Shown one piece after another: positions 38,615-52,792 of a stretch of 64,000 nt of DNA. The notes beneath the pieces were generated by a model. The model searched no databases. It had not been told where the DNA came from and saw nothing but the letters and a program-made list of their open reading frames with translations. A program made the translations under genes and the position numbers. Position 1 is the first letter of the stretch. Every line of letters starts with the position of its first letter. Source of the stretch: Eledone cirrhosa (taxonomy: Eukaryota); NCBI GenBank assembly GCA_964016885.1, contig OZ024745.1, positions 79,980,001-80,044,000 on the forward strand, given 5' to 3'.

Positions 38615-39782
38615 CCAATACCACCACCATTATCATCAAAACCATCATCATTACCACAACCATCACCAAGATCACCATTATCATCATCACCACCACCATC
38701 ATCATCACAACCATCGTCATTACCACCACCATCACCAAGACCACCACTACCCTTATCACCAACATCATCAGCATCATTATGACAGTATCGGTAGACCGTC
38801 GGACAAACTGCTTTGCAGTATTTAGTTACGACATTCTACATTCAGAGTTCAAATCCTTTCATCTTTACAGGGTTGATGAAATAAAGTACCAGTAATACAC
38901 TGGGGTTGATTTTATTGACTTCCCCCTCCCCTAAAATTGTTGGCATTGTGCCTAAATCAGAAACCATTATTACCACCACGTCCCTTTACGGACTGAGTTC
39001 AAATCCCACCGAGGTTAACTTTGCCTTTCATCCTTACGGGGTCGATAAAATAAAGTACCAGTAATACACTGGGATAATTGCTGGCCTTGTGCCAAAAGTA
39101 GAAACAATTATTACCACCACTACCCTCATCACCCCCACCATCACAACCACTATATTCACCACTATCATCATCACTCTAACCATTATTATTACCACCACTA
39201 CTGTCACCACCATCACCACCACCACCACCACCACCTTCGCGACCACCACCACCACCACCATCTTCATCACCACCACAACCACCATCACCACCACAACCAC
39301 CATCACCACCACAACCACCATCACCACCACCACTACCACCACCATCACCAGCAATACCAACACCACCACCAACACCACCACCACCGCCACCAACACCATC
39401 ACCACCATCACCACCACTACCACCACCACCATCATCACCACCATCATCACCGTCACCACCGCCACCACCACCATCACCACCAACACCATCACCTCCACCA
39501 CCACCACCATCTTCATCACCACCACAACCACCATCACCACCACCACCATCACCACCATTTCCAACACCACCACCAACACCACCACCACCATCACCACAAC
39601 CACCTCTATCACTACCACCACCACCACCACCAACACCACCACCGCCACCAACACCATCACCACCACCACCACCACTACCACCACCACCATCATCACCACC
39701 ATCATCACCACCGCCACCACCACCATCACCACCAACACCATCACCTCCACCACCATCACCATCATCTTCTCCATTATCATAG
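38615..39782. repeat. (ACC/ATC)n trinucleotide tracts (38615-38780 and 39110-39782) with SINEs between them
   Basis: Directly visible; source of the poly-His, poly-Thr, poly-Val and poly-Gly ORFs. Confidence 0.92.
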
Positions 39783-40157
39783 ATGTCTTCACATTGACTG
39801 TGGAGGCACATGGTTTAGTGGTTAGAGCATTGGCCTTGCAATCGAAAGGTTGTGAGTTCAATTCTCAGACCGGGTGATGTGTTGTTTCCTTGAGCAAGAC
39901 ACTTTATTTCACATTGCTCCAGTTTACTCAGCTGTAGAAATGAGATGATAGGGACTGGGGTCCATATCATTCCACTGCAAAGTGGTCGTGGAGGTGCCAC
40001 GGCAAAAAAGCACCCAGCACTCACTGTAAATGAGGTTGGTGTTAGGAAGGGCATCCAGTTGTAGAAATCAAGCCAGAATCACTTCCCGTCCCAGCCTTGC
40101 AAGCAGGGAAAAGTGGACGTAAAATGAAATGATGATGATGATGATACTGTAACTTAC

Positions 40158-40272
40158 TGCATTAATTTCTTCCAATATTTTCTCAATTCCAACCACGGCT
40201 TCATGTAAGAAGGCACAGTCTTCATGTCGTGCTGCTGTTGATTTATAAAGGCGATTCAAAAGTAGTGGGTAC
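40158..40272 (-). CDS. RhoGEF exon, end of DH domain (YPLLLNRLYKSTAARHEDCAFLHEAVVGIEKILEEINA)
   Basis: TTTTACAG acceptor; phase 2 completes the K codon to give QRIMKYPLLL; GTAAGT donor. Confidence 0.95.
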
Positions 40273-41915
40273 CTGTAAAAAAACACCAGTAGAAACAATA
40301 GTTAACATTAATTAAATTAATTAACTAAAGGTGGTGGATTGACAGTATAGGTAGAGGGTCGGACGCCATGCTTTGCAGCATAGAGTTACGGCCCTTTACG
40401 CTCTGAGTTCAAACCCTGCCGAGGTTAACTTTGCTTATCATCCTTATGGGGGTCGATAAAATAAAGTACCAGTAATGCACTGGGATAATTGCTGGCCTTG
40501 TGCCAAAAGAATAAGGATTAATTAAAGGTGTCTCTAGAGCGGTAGATTGGCAGAATCAGTAAAGCGTTAGACAACATGCTTTGCAGCATAGAGTTATGGC
40601 TCTTTACATTCTGAGTTCAAATCCTGCCGAGGTTATCTTTGTCTTTCATCCTGACAGGGTCGATAAAATAAAGTACCAGTAATACATTAGGGTCAATTTT
40701 ATCAACTTTCCCTTTCCCACAAAAAATTGTTGGCCTTGTGCCTAAATCAGAAACCACTAATTAAAGGTGTATCTATGATATCAATAACAACAGTAATTAG
40801 GGATAGTTCTATAGATTTGACTATGTTTGATTGTGTCGTAAGACTACCCAAGTAATTAAGGACTTCTGAGCCACAGATGTCCAAGCTGTCAGTTGCAGCA
40901 CTTCGGTGTGTCAACAATAATCTCTAGGTGTCTCTTAAAGGAAACCTGATCTGTGATCAATTTTTTAATGAATATTTTAAAGGTTTTCTACTCAAATTAA
41001 AATCTAACACAATTTGATATATATATCATAATTTGATATATTAAGTTATCTTAATAATGAAATAATTAATAGTCTAAGTAAAACACTTTAAATTCTTTAT
41101 TAATTAATTGAAATATAAAGTATTTCATTAAAATTATGGTAATGAAAGGGTTAACTTAACTATAGTGACCAGTGGCATATTGTTGGGGGAGGGGAGTCAG
41201 CTATATCCCAACAAAAAAATTATTGTTGGAAAATTTTCTCATTTTTGTTGGAAAATTATGAACATTTGCATCCTCAAAAATGATAAGAGCAATTCTTTTA
41301 TAATAGTGACATGTTTCTCATATAAGATCAGGAGATTGTCTGATGAATGCTTGAGATATAATTTTGACTATATTAAAGATATTCATTAATATTTTGCCAA
41401 ATTGTGGTAGAAGTTATAATCCTATTAGAATTCAATGTAGTGTAGATATAAATATCTCATCAAAGTAAGGCGAAATTTGTTTTTGGGTTAAAATGGTATC
41501 TTAATCATGTCATTGAGTATTCAAAAACTGAAAAGTCAAATATATAATGTGGAACAAGGAAACAAATAAGATTTAGTATTTAATCTGTTGTTTTATAATC
41601 ATATCGAAGGGAAAAATGAACCAGGATATTGTCAATATATTGAGTAATCAACAGCACTTATGCAGCTCCATAATATTAGCCTCGATAAAATACATCTATT
41701 CTGCTATCCATTAGTCAACATATCAATAAAATCCTGGTTCATTTTGCTCTTTGAAATGATCATAAAACAATGGATTAATTAAGCATTAATCCTTGTCTTA
41801 TTTCTTTTAACTGTTCAGTCTTATATATATTAAAGATGTGTAGATGGCATTAAAGGTCATCAGATATTATAAAACACAGCACTTTTAAAGTTTGAATACA
41901 ATGTTTGATACGTAC

Positions 41916-42061
41916 TTCATAATTCTTTGTACAGGGATCATTAGAAAAGATTTTAGATTCATACGCCGGAGTAAACTATTTTCTGCCTGCGATACTTGCA
42001 GGAATGCACGTAGAACTTCTCGGTCTCTTTCAAGTTGCTCTAAGATTTCTATTGCAGATGT
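41916..42061 (-). CDS. RhoGEF exon, DH domain (TSAIEILEQLERDREVLRAFLQVSQAENSLLRRMNLKSFLMIPVQRIMK)
   Basis: Translated by hand (absent from the ORF track); pyrimidine tract with TAG acceptor, GTACGT donor; phase 0/2; DH CR3 motif LxSFLxxPVQRI. Confidence 0.95.
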
Positions 42062-42561
42062 CTATTGAAAGGAAATGAAACAAATGGAACGTTTTCATTT
42101 TTAATGATTATTTGGGGAAAGCCAGTACAATACAAATTAGAAATACAAGGCTAAAAACTTGGGTAATGGCCAAAAGAATACTCTCATGAATACAAGCAGC
42201 CAAAATGGAGTTCCTCTGAAGGATCTTTCAAGTAACATTACTTGATAGAATGTGTAGCTCAGAGATCAGGGAGTCTCTCCAGGTAGAGCTGCTACTGCTC
42301 TGAATTGAGAGATCACTGTTCCGGTACTACGAACATGTGGTTAGAATGTCTAAGGAAACAATCTCTGGACAGATTTTACAAGCAAAACCAACCAGCAGGA
42401 GACCCAGGGATAAACAACAAGCAAGGTAGCTGGATAATATTCATGAGTTCAGTTGCTCTCGCTTGGGGATCCAGCCGGATAAACTGAAGATAGTCGCTTC
42501 TGATAGTACGCTCTGAAAGGCATGCTTGAGGAAATGGGGAAAGATCGATAGTGTTGTTTAC

Positions 42562-42645
42562 CTGATTCACACAGTATTTTTCAAATGCTTGGAACATGTG
42601 GAAGTATTCTTGAAAAAGTTGACCAATATTCACTTTCTGGTAATT
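42562..42645 (-). CDS. RhoGEF exon, DH domain (NYQKVNIGQLFQEYFHMFQAFEKYCVNQ)
   Basis: TTCAG acceptor, GTAAAC donor; 84 nt, phase 0/0; DH IGxxF...YCxNQ motif. Confidence 0.93.
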
Positions 42646-42702
42646 CTGAATAATAATCAAAAGGTTATATATGATTAATTCAATTTATTAAAATCCTCCA
42701 AA

Positions 42703-42737
<35 letters not shown>

Positions 42738-44564
42738 AACACAATTTATGCAAAAAACAAAAATTATATTTTAAAAAAAATAAAACTAAGAAAAGAAAAA
42801 AAAAGACAAACACATTCCCTCAATTGCACACTACAACAGGTAACTGAGCAGATGTTGAACTCTAAAAGTTTTTAAGGACACTCAATCTTTCACTCAATCT
42901 CTATCTCTTAGTCTCTCTCTCAACCAGGCCAGTGAAGTTCATGAAGTTTTCTTGGTAAATACGACTTTAACTACTTTTACAAACAAACAAATGGCGTACA
43001 TAATTCTTGTCTATTTTTCGGCGTGAGTTATAATCAATAAATTAATAATATAGCGGTTTGGTGTCATCGTGGTTCATCATCATCATCATCATCATCATCA
43101 TTTTACGTCCGCTTTTCCCTGCTTGCAAGGGTGGGACGGGAACTGATTCTGGCTTGATTTCTACGGCTGGATGCCCTTCCTAACACCAACCTCATTTACA
43201 GTGAGTGCGGGGTGCTTTTTTGCCGTGGCGCCTACACGACCACTTTGCAGTGGAATGATAGGGACCTCAGCTGAGTAAACTGGAGCAATGTGAAATAAAG
43301 TGTCTTGCTCAAGGAAACAACACATCACCCAGTCCGAGAATTGAACTCACAACCTTTCGATTGCAAGGCCAATGCTCTAACCACTAAGCCATGTGCCTCC
43401 ATTTATATATATTCATTTTCTGTGTGATCAAGGAACTATCATATCATCATCACCTTAATGAACTCTTACTCACTTACCTGCACACATGCTACCTATGGTC
43501 ACACTATATCACACAACAGTGACCACATGACAGAACAAGCTACAAGTGAGCACACACGCAACAAACAAATCAACACCACAATACAATCACCTACCAACAC
43601 AACCATCAAAAACTATCACTATATATCTACCTACCTCAACATGTCAGAACAAAACAAGTATGATGGCTATGGTGTTGGGGTGAGGCAACTCTGTAGGTTT
43701 TTCACACCTTCTGCAGCAACACCAAAGCTACCCAGTGCATGGGTGTGCAATGAGTGTGATGAAAGCATATGCCATATGCTTATATTCAATAAAGATGCAT
43801 TCTCTCTGTGAACATGACATCAATAGCAGTCAAGAATGCCAGACAGTGCTGTTTTTAGATTCATTAATCTTTCATCAGTTGCATTCAGTCAGCCAGTACT
43901 GACATGGAAATAGACGAGAGTCTATATAGATTTTGTGTGATGCTCATTTGCATATAGAAAATAGAAAACAATGGCTGGAAATGCTCATTTGCATATAGTG
44001 TGAACTTGGATGGTTATAATTAATTGGCATAAATGATTAACGAATCTTGAAACAGCACTATCTGGCATTTTCGGCTGCTACTGACATTGACATTTTCACC
44101 GATGAAAATAGAGGAAAATATTTTTTCTCTGATAGTGAGATTATCATGTTTATTGTATATAAACATATTGTATATACTTTCATATACACCACTATTATGC
44201 TTAAATGCTGTCTTAGTGCTACTGCTAACTGTACATATATATATAAATCTGTTTGAAGCAAATGGTGGACATATGAAATGTTAAAATTAAGAATGTAGTT
44301 TTGATATTCCTATTCCTCTCTTTCTCTCTCTTCCTTAACATATTTATTAATAACCTCTCAGTTATATTTCTCACAATAACTTTTAACTCATCACCTATTT
44401 ATTTTTCCATTTATTACGATGTTTTGTCTTTTACAAAAGCCAACTTGCAAACTTGCCTGCCTCACTCTCTATTCATCACCATCATCATCTATTACAAAGT
44501 GAGGAGTGACGCACTGACTCTCTCTTTCTCTCTTTCGCCCCCTTCCTCCTTTTTCTGCCATTCA

Positions 44565-46597
44565 GGCATGGAAAGACTGGAAAAATGAGGATAGCAGAGA
44601 CCAGTACCAAGTAGCTATGAAAGAAGCTAGGCAACAGATATACACAGCTCGGAGAGAGGCTGAAGAATGTAAATTTGCCAAAGCCTTGAGACTTGAGACA
44701 TGAGGATCAGAGGCAGTGTCTTAGTGTGAATCAAGATGCTGTTGGGGGAAAATTTGTTAGAAAGGATGCTGGTGCACTTAGCAGCACAGATGCCCAAAAG
44801 AAAGAGGCTTGGAAATGTTACTATGGGAGAGTGATGAATGTAGAGAATGAATGGGAAGAAGAGAAACTACCCTCAACTTACCCAAAGGAAGGACCAGCTA
44901 TTGAAGTTGAGAGTTTTAGGTTCAAAATGCAATTAAGGTGATAAAAAATGGTAAAGTTACAGGACCATAAGAAATAGTTGCTGAGATGCTGAAAGCATCA
45001 AGAAAGGTAAGAGTCAAACTATTAACCCGTATAGTAAATCAAGTAATACATAATGGGGTCATAGCCAATGGCTGGTACAGCAGTACAATCATAAATTGCT
45101 ACAAGGACAAAGGTGATGCTCTAGAAAGGAACAACTATAGAGGAATAAAACTAATAGACTAAGTTATGAAAGTGACCAAAAGAGTTATAGCGCAGCTAAT
45201 TAGGGAAAGAGTCAAAATAGATGAGATTCAGTTTGGTTTCATGCCTAGGAAAAGCACTACAGATGCACTCATCTTTGTGAGGCAACTACAAGAGAAGTTC
45301 AAATTATGGTAGTTGAAAATGTCAAAAGGCAACTGGAAAATAGGTCGACGAATCTGAAAAATGAACAATTATATTTAGCTTTTGTTGATCTAGAGAAGGC
45401 TTTTGACAGAGTACCCTGATCTACTATCTGGTGATCCTTAAGGAAATTAGGTGTAAAAAAATGGCTTGTGAGAGTATGCAAGTTATGTACAGAGGAGCTG
45501 TCAGTAAAGTGAGAGTAGGAAATGAGTTTAGTGAGGAATTCAAGGTACAGGTAGGAGTTCATCAAGGTTCGGTTATTATCCCACTACTGTTCATCATAGT
45601 TCTTCAGAGGAGTTTAAAATGGGCTGCCCATGGGAGCTTCACTATGCACATGATTTGATCCTCATAGCTGAAACTAAAAAACAACTAAAAAATAAATTCC
45701 AATAATTGAAAATGAATTTGAAATCAAAAGCCTGAGAGTAAACTTAGCCAAAACTAAAGTGCTAATGAGTAGGACAGAAGACAGGACCCAGATACTCTCA
45801 GGGAACTGGCCATAAACTCCATACAATGTACACAATGTAAATCTTGGGTACACAAAAGATGTAGTGAGATAACAAATAGACTAACAGGTAGAGATAACTT
45901 TTTTTGTAAAAGATGCACAGAAGAAATCGAGAGGAAGAGTGCTAATAATATAAACCTTTTCCAGTTACAGGAAGGATCTATAACATGGATGATAGCTTCT
46001 GATTTCTAGATGACCTAATTAACAGCGGAGGAGGGTGTGCCAAGAGTATAACAGCTAGAATAAGGATAGGATGGATGAAGTTTAGAGAACTGTTCCCACT
46101 GCTGACAACAAAAGGTTTCTCCCTATATACAAAAAGAAGGATGTGTGCAATGCACAATGCTGTAGGGTAGTGAAACATGGGCTGTAACCGTAGAGGACAT
46201 GCATAGATTGGAGAGAAATGAAGCAACCATGTTTCATTGGATGTACAATGTAAATATGAAAGAAAGGCAGAACTTGGACAAGCTGAGAATAAAGCTGGGC
46301 TTAAGGGGGATCCAAGAGGATGTGCAGGAAAGAAGACTGCGTTGATATGGACATGTGATGTACATGGACAATGACTGATGGGTGAAGAAATGCCAGGAAA
46401 TCCCAGTGGAACGAAGTCGCAACAGAGGATGACCAAGAAAGACCTGGACAGAGGTTGTGAGAGCAGACTACAAATCACTAAGACTGGCAGAGGAGATGAC
46501 AAAAGAACGCAACAAGTGGAGGGATGCCATGCTAAGAAGCACCCATCCAACTTATGCAAGCATGGAAAATCAGACATAAAAATGATGATGATGATGA
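44565..46597 (+). mobile_element. Old degenerate RTE LINE
   Basis: Collinear with the 28522-31800 element, with many stops and frameshifts; (GAT)n tail. Confidence 0.9.
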
Positions 46598-47031
46598 TAT
46601 ATATATATATCCCAAATCCAAGGCCTTCTCACTCCTCTATCAATCTATCTGCATGTATGGGGGACCATGTATACATATATGTGTGCATTGACATGTTGGA
46701 GTTGTGTGTCTGTCAGTGTGAATGTGCTTGTGGGTAATCTGTAGTTCACGTGTATCAGCACATAATTATGCACACGTGCACACACACACACATATATATA
46801 TATACATATATAATAGAAAAGGAAGTCAGATGGTGTCACATATTCAACATCAGTTTATTTTATTACATCATCCCATTATACACATTTTAAAAGCATCAAA
46901 AGGTCAGTTATTCAATGTGTTGTCATTAGGCAGGAGTTCAGCCATCAGGGATTAATCATTTTCAATACATACTCTCTACTTTCGCAAGTATCAAGAACTT
47001 AACTGAACATGGCCTTACTTTGAGAACACCT

Positions 47032-47162
<131 letters not shown>

Positions 47163-47171
47163 ATATATATA

Positions 47172-48954
47172 AAAGGAGGCCTGGAAATGTCATTATGAGA
47201 GACTGATGAATGTGGAGAACGAATGAAGAGAGACAATTGATCTAGATGAAATGCAGTTCGGGTTTGTGTCAGGTAAAAGTACCACAGATGCTCTTTTCAT
47301 TGTACGACAACTACAGGAGAAGTACCTAGCTAAAAGTAAACCCCTATACCTAGCTTTTGTCGACGTGGAGAAAGTCTTCGACAGAGTCCCCCGTTCCATT
47401 ATCTGGTGGGCTCTTAGAAAACTAGGTGTTGATGAATGGCTTGTGAGAGCTACACAAGCCATGTATAAAGAAACAGTCAGCAAGGTTAGAATTAACAACG
47501 AATATAGTGAAGAGTTTAGGTAAAAGTTGGTGTTCATCAGGGCTCCGTTCTTAGCCCCCCTACTATTTATTATTGCCCTTCAAGCTATAACAGTGGAGTT
47601 CAAGACTGGCTGCCCATGAGAACTCCTATACGCAGATGATCTAATGCTCATAGCTGAATCAATGGCTGAACTAGAGAAGAAATTCCAAACATGGAAGCAT
47701 GGCCTAGAATCAAAAGGTCTTAAAATTAACCTGTTTAAGACTAAAGTTCTAGTTTGTAGGAAGGAAAATAGGGCACTGGTCCCATCTGGGAAATGGCCAT
47801 GCTCAGTGTGTAGGAAAGGAGTAGGCAGAAACTCCATTTTATGTCCCAAATGCAAAGTATGGGTGCATAAAAGATGTAGTGGGATCACAGGTAAGCTAAC
47901 TAAGAGCATAGATTTTATATGTGGCCGGTGCTCTGGTGCAATAAGTAGCAGCAAGTGCCCACAGAATACTAGCTCATTCCATTGCACAGATGGTTCTATA
48001 GAAATAGTGGACAGCTTCCGTTACCTGGGTGACAAAATCAGCAGTGGGGGAGGGTACTCTGAAAGTACAGTAGCTAGAGTCAGAACTGGATGGAAAAAGT
48101 TCAGAGAGCTTATACCACTATTAGCCGCTAAAGAGTTCTCCCTAAAAATGAAAGGCAGGCTGTATGATGCCTGCATACGAACAGCAATGTTACATGGCAG
48201 TGAGAGCTGGGCATTGTGTGCAGAGGATATACGTAGACTGGAGAGGAACGAAGCTTGCATGCTCCACTGTATGTGTAATAGTAATATACGTGAACGGCAA
48301 AGCATAAACGAACTAAGGGAAAAATTAGAAATAAGAGGGATCAGATGTTGTTTACTCGAGAGAAGACTACGTTCGTATGGTCACGTGATGCGCATGAAAG
48401 ACGACAGCTGTATAAAAAAGTGCAGGGCAATAAAAATAGACGGTAGCCACGGAGTAGGCAGACCCAGAAAAACCTGGGACGACTTGATAATTTTCGACCT
48501 CACACACTTACACCTCTCCAAGACAATGTCACTGGACCGAGATCTTTGGCACTACACAGTAATAGAGAAGACCCGCCTTACCTAAGTACAAAGTGAAACC
48601 TACTACAGTCAGTAGGCACCTCTAACAAAATACACCCCCGTCCCACTACCCCCACCCATCCACACCACCCCTTTCAATGTAAAGTTATGTTGGTACTACA
48701 ACATCCAGTCCGAAACAAATGAGATCGTGTAGGTGTCACGACAAAAAAACACACAGTCCACGCTGTAATGTGGCCATGTAGGTAACACGGTAAAAACCTC
48801 CCAGTTCCACACTGTAAATGTGGTTGGTGTTAGGAAGGGCATCCAGCCATAGAAAACCCGCCAGACAGTCCTATGCGAGCAAGACAACCACTCTTGCCTC
48901 AAGTGGGAAAACTCCCGTCCAAACCCATGCAAGTGTGGAATATGGACGTTAAAC

Positions 48955-48995
<41 letters not shown>
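47172..48995 (+). mobile_element. RTE LINE subfamily B with internal deletion
   Basis: QFGF...FVDVEKVFD, YADD, PHD finger, ends EKTRLT*, B-type 3' module; deletion at about 47225. Confidence 0.92.
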
Positions 48996-48996
<1 letters not shown>

Positions 48997-50729
48997 TGGG
49001 AGAGAGAGAAATTACCCCCAGTAGACCCGACAGATTGACGAATATAGAGTATAAGAGGCAATTAAGGAAATGAAGAATGGTAAGGCTGCTGGACCGTCGG
49101 GGATAGTTGCTGAGATGCTGAAGGCATCAGGAGAAGTAGGCACTAAACTGGTTGCACGCATCATCAATCAAGCTATATATGGCGGTGTCATACCCAAAGA
49201 CTGGTGCAGCAGAATTCTCATAAATTGCTACAAAGGTAAAGGGATGCTCTGGAGAGGAGCAATTATAGGGGCATAAAGTTGATGGATCAGTTTATGAAAG
49301 TGGCAGAGAGAATATTAGCGCAACTGATTAGATAATGGTCAAATTAGATGAGATGCAGTTTGGTTTTGTGCCTCAGAAAAGTACAACAGATGCCCTCTTC
49401 TGAGTGAGACAACTACAAGAGAGGTTCTTAGAAAAGAATAAGCCACTATACTTAGTTTTTGTTGACCTGGAGAAGGCCTTTGATAGGGTACCCCAATCTG
49501 TCATCTGGTGGTCCCTAAGGAAACTAGGTGTAGAGGAATGGCTTGTGAGGACAGTGCAAGCTATGTACAGGGGTGCTGTCAGTAAAGTGAGAGTAGGAAT
49601 GGAGTTTAGTGAGGAATTCCAGATACAAGTAGGTGTACATCAGGGTTCGGTCCTCAGCCCGCTCTTGTTCATTATAGTCCTCCAAGCCATAACAGAGGAG
49701 TTTAAGACTGGATGCCCATGGGAACTTCTCTATGCTGACGATCTGGTTCTTATAGCAGAATCAGTAGAGGAGCTAGAGAATAAATTCTGGCTATGGAAAC
49801 AGCAGTTGGAATCAAGAGGCCTGAGAGTGAACATAGCTAAGACAAAAGTGTTGATAAGTAGAAGAGAGGACAATACTCTGATTCCATCAGGGAAATGGCC
49901 ATGTTCGATATGTAGGAAAGGAACTGGCATAAATTCCATAAAATATACGCAATGCAGATCTTGGGTACACAAAAGATGTAGTGAGATAGCAGTCAAACTA
50001 ATAGGTAGGGAAAACTATGTATGCAGTAAATGTACAGGGAAAGTTGGTAGTAGTAATCGCAGTTAAACACATTTTTTCAATGCAGATGGGTTCTATAGAA
50101 GGGGTTGATAGCTTCCGGTACCTAGGTGATCAGATTAGCATGGGAGGGGGTGTTCCGAGGCCATAGTAGCTAGAATAAGGACGGGTTGGAAGAAGTTTAG
50201 GGAGCTGCTTCCTCTGTTGACACAGAAGGGTTTCTCCCTGTGTATGAAAGGCCGGTTATATGATGCCTGTGTGAGATGCGCGATGCTGCATGGTAGTGAG
50301 ATATGGGCAGTAACTGCAGAGGATATGCGACGGCTGGAGAGAAATGAAGCAAACATACTCCGATGGATGTGCAATGTCAATGTGCATGAACAACCAAGCA
50401 TAGACGAGTTGAGAAAGAAACTGGGTATAAGAGGGATAAGTTGTGGTGTACAGGAGAGAAGTCTGAGATGGTGTGGACATGTGATGCGCATGGAGGATGA
50501 CCACTGAGTAAAGAAGTGCCAAGAAATCCCAGTAGAAGGAAGACACAGTAGAGGAAGACCGCGAAAAACATGGGCAGAGGTGGTGAGAGCAGACCTCATA
50601 TCACTGAAACTCACCGAGGAGATGACGAAGGACTGTGACAAGTGGAGAGATGCTGTGCTGAATAAGACCCGTCCCACCCTTGCAAGCAGGGAAAAGCGAA
50701 CGTAAAATGATGATGATGATGATGATGAT
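48993..50729 (+). mobile_element. 5'-truncated RTE LINE subfamily A
   Basis: Highly similar to the reverse complement of 28522-30270; LYADD, PHD finger, A-type tail. Confidence 0.92.
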
Positions 50730-50790
50730 ATATATAATCATGGAGTACAAGTCAATGGGTTATAATTCACTTCATTTATATACATAATCG

Positions 50791-50847
50791 CTGTTATATA
50801 TATTTCAGTGATAACTGTTATGCAGCAGTTATGACCTCATCAGACAG
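50791..50847 (-). ncRNA. Type I hammerhead ribozyme (family G)
   Basis: ctgt-CTGATGA-ggtcataactg ctgcataa cagttatcact-GAAA-tatata-TA-acag; stem I extendable (cataa/ttatg); covaries with the copy at 34409. Confidence 0.85.
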
Positions 50848-51001
50848 TCTTATGTTGAACAGAAAAAAACAGAAAAACATGAAGAAATAAAAGTTTCGAT
50901 TCATTGATATGCCCCAGGCTGATATTTGGTGTTGCTTTCTCAAAGTACCGGTGACATATGGCTTAAAATAAATAGCCACACAGCATCAGCAAAAGTGATA
51001 T

Positions 51002-51186
51002 ACAGGTAAAATTATGTTATAACGAATACCATTATAATGAATTTTTCAGTGTAACAAAAATTTTTTCAATCCCCAAGGTAATAACAAATGCTCAATTTGT
51101 TTCGGTCAATCTCATTATAAAGAATTTTTCTTTACAACAAATTATTTTTATACTCTGTGAATTTCATATTAACGAATTTTCACAGT
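51002..51186. mobile_element. Degenerate pogo/Tc1-type MITE
   Basis: TA-flanked, cag... termini with repeated ttataacgaa motifs. Confidence 0.45.
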
Positions 51187-51761
51187 ATAAGGCCACTATC
51201 TATTTGTTGGAGTTAGCTTCACCACAAAACCATTAAGCCATTGTAAATTGCTTAGTGTCACCCTGGTTTGAGATTTGCCTTCAACTTGTTCAGGAATCAG
51301 GTCAGTCAGTGATACTTTAGCAGTAGGGGTTGACCTTGTAGATATGTTGCTGTTTTAGATGGAATTGTTTTCAGCAACAACAATGACCGATGATACCTTA
51401 GTTAGTTAGGAGTCGCAGTCGGCCCCAGTGACTGTGGTAGTAGTGGCAATAATGATAATATAATTGTTTCTACTTTTGGCACAAGGCCAGCAATTACCCA
51501 GTACATTACTGGTACTTTATTTTATCGACCCCGTAAGGATGAAAGGCAAAGTTAACCTTGGCGGGATATGAACTCAGTCCGTAAATGGACGTAACTCTGT
51601 GCTGCAAAGCATGGCGTCCGACCCTCTACCGATACTGCCAATCCACAATAATATAATATAATGACCAGGATGTAGAATTAGTGTTGACGTATATGAACAA
51701 AGAAATGGTAAACTAAAATTGAACGATTTCTCCCCATCTCTTTTTCTTAACCATTATCTTT

Positions 51762-52150
51762 TGTTTGACACAAAACTCTCTATGACAAATTCACGTGACA
51801 ATCATGTTTGACACAAAACTCTCTATGACAAATTCACGTGACAATCATAACCAATCAAATTAGATTTATAAAAAAACAACATTTTGAGCCACTTTTTAAA
51901 GTGAAAATGACAATAAAGAACCCTCAAACATGAACTGGTATGAAAGTTGATGTGCTTCTTCACATGATTGTCATCAACCAACCAAATTTCACTTATATAT
52001 GAAAAAAACAATTTAAGCCACTTTTTTTTAAGGCAAACAGAATAAGAACTTTGTAACACGAACTGGCGCGAAATTTATTATACTTACAGTCATCAACCAA
52101 CCAAATTACTTTTTTTAAAAACCTAGCAATTCAAGCCACTTTTTTCCACA
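51762..52150. repeat. 43-bp direct duplication followed by a degenerate repeat of about 120 bp, 3 copies
   Basis: tgtttgacacaaaactctctatgacaaattcacgtgacaatca twice; caaccaaccaaatt...aagccactttttt three times. Confidence 0.75.
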
Positions 52151-52320
52151 TAAAACAGAGGTAACATTCAAATAACAACCAGATGCGAGAAAAACCACAA
52201 ACCCTCCATCTCAATTCTACTTTTGAAAAGCATAAGAACTGTGAAACCGGTAAAGGAAACAAATAAATATTCTTAAAAAGACTCCAGTTACATCTTCAAT
52301 TTCTTTTCTTTATATATATA

Positions 52321-52487
52321 TAGTGTACCCCTGGCATTCGCGGTCCCGTCATTCGTGGTCCCGGTTATTCGTGGAATTTTCCTTAGAACCTAACCAATAA
52401 TTGTTTGTGGAAACCACTCCATATTTGCGGTTTTTCACTCTTCGCAGGTGTTCTAGGAATGTAACCCCCGCAAATACCAGGGAACAA

Positions 52488-52490
<3 letters not shown>
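52321..52490. mobile_element. pogo/Tigger-like MITE in a (TA)n tract
   Basis: Imperfect TIRs agtgtacccctggcattcgcgg / ccgcaaataccagggaacaactg, TA flanks. Confidence 0.7.
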
Positions 52491-52523
<33 letters not shown>

Positions 52524-52747
52524 CGTTTCTGAATTTGTTTAGCAAGATTCTTTATCTGAAATCGTGAGTTGAAACCGATATTGTTATACTTTGGGAGGGT
52601 CATGTTGCCAATAAGAAACACACGCACCAGTTGCTTTCACTTCAATTTATTATATATTTATAAATTTATAAATTTACAAATCTACAAACTTATAAATTTC
52701 TGGTTGGTTGGTTGGTTGGTTCCACAACCAGATAGTTGTTTATATAT

Positions 52748-52792
52748 AGTCATAGTCCTTTCGTCACACACTCTGTGACCTCTTCAGTGACT
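52748..52792 (-). ncRNA. Minimal type I hammerhead ribozyme (family A)
   Basis: agtca-CTGAAGA-g-gtcaca gagtg tgtgac-GAAA-ggac-TA-tgact. Confidence 0.85.

Noticed and set aside
39801-39872. tRNA-like sequences as real tRNA genes
   Set aside because: A and B boxes are present but the cloverleaf stems are broken and each continues into a SINE body.
38550-39877. Poly-His, poly-Thr (mucin-like), poly-Val and Gly/Asp ORFs
   Set aside because: Several frames are open because of (ACC/ATC)n repeats, and the ORF ends run into SINEs.
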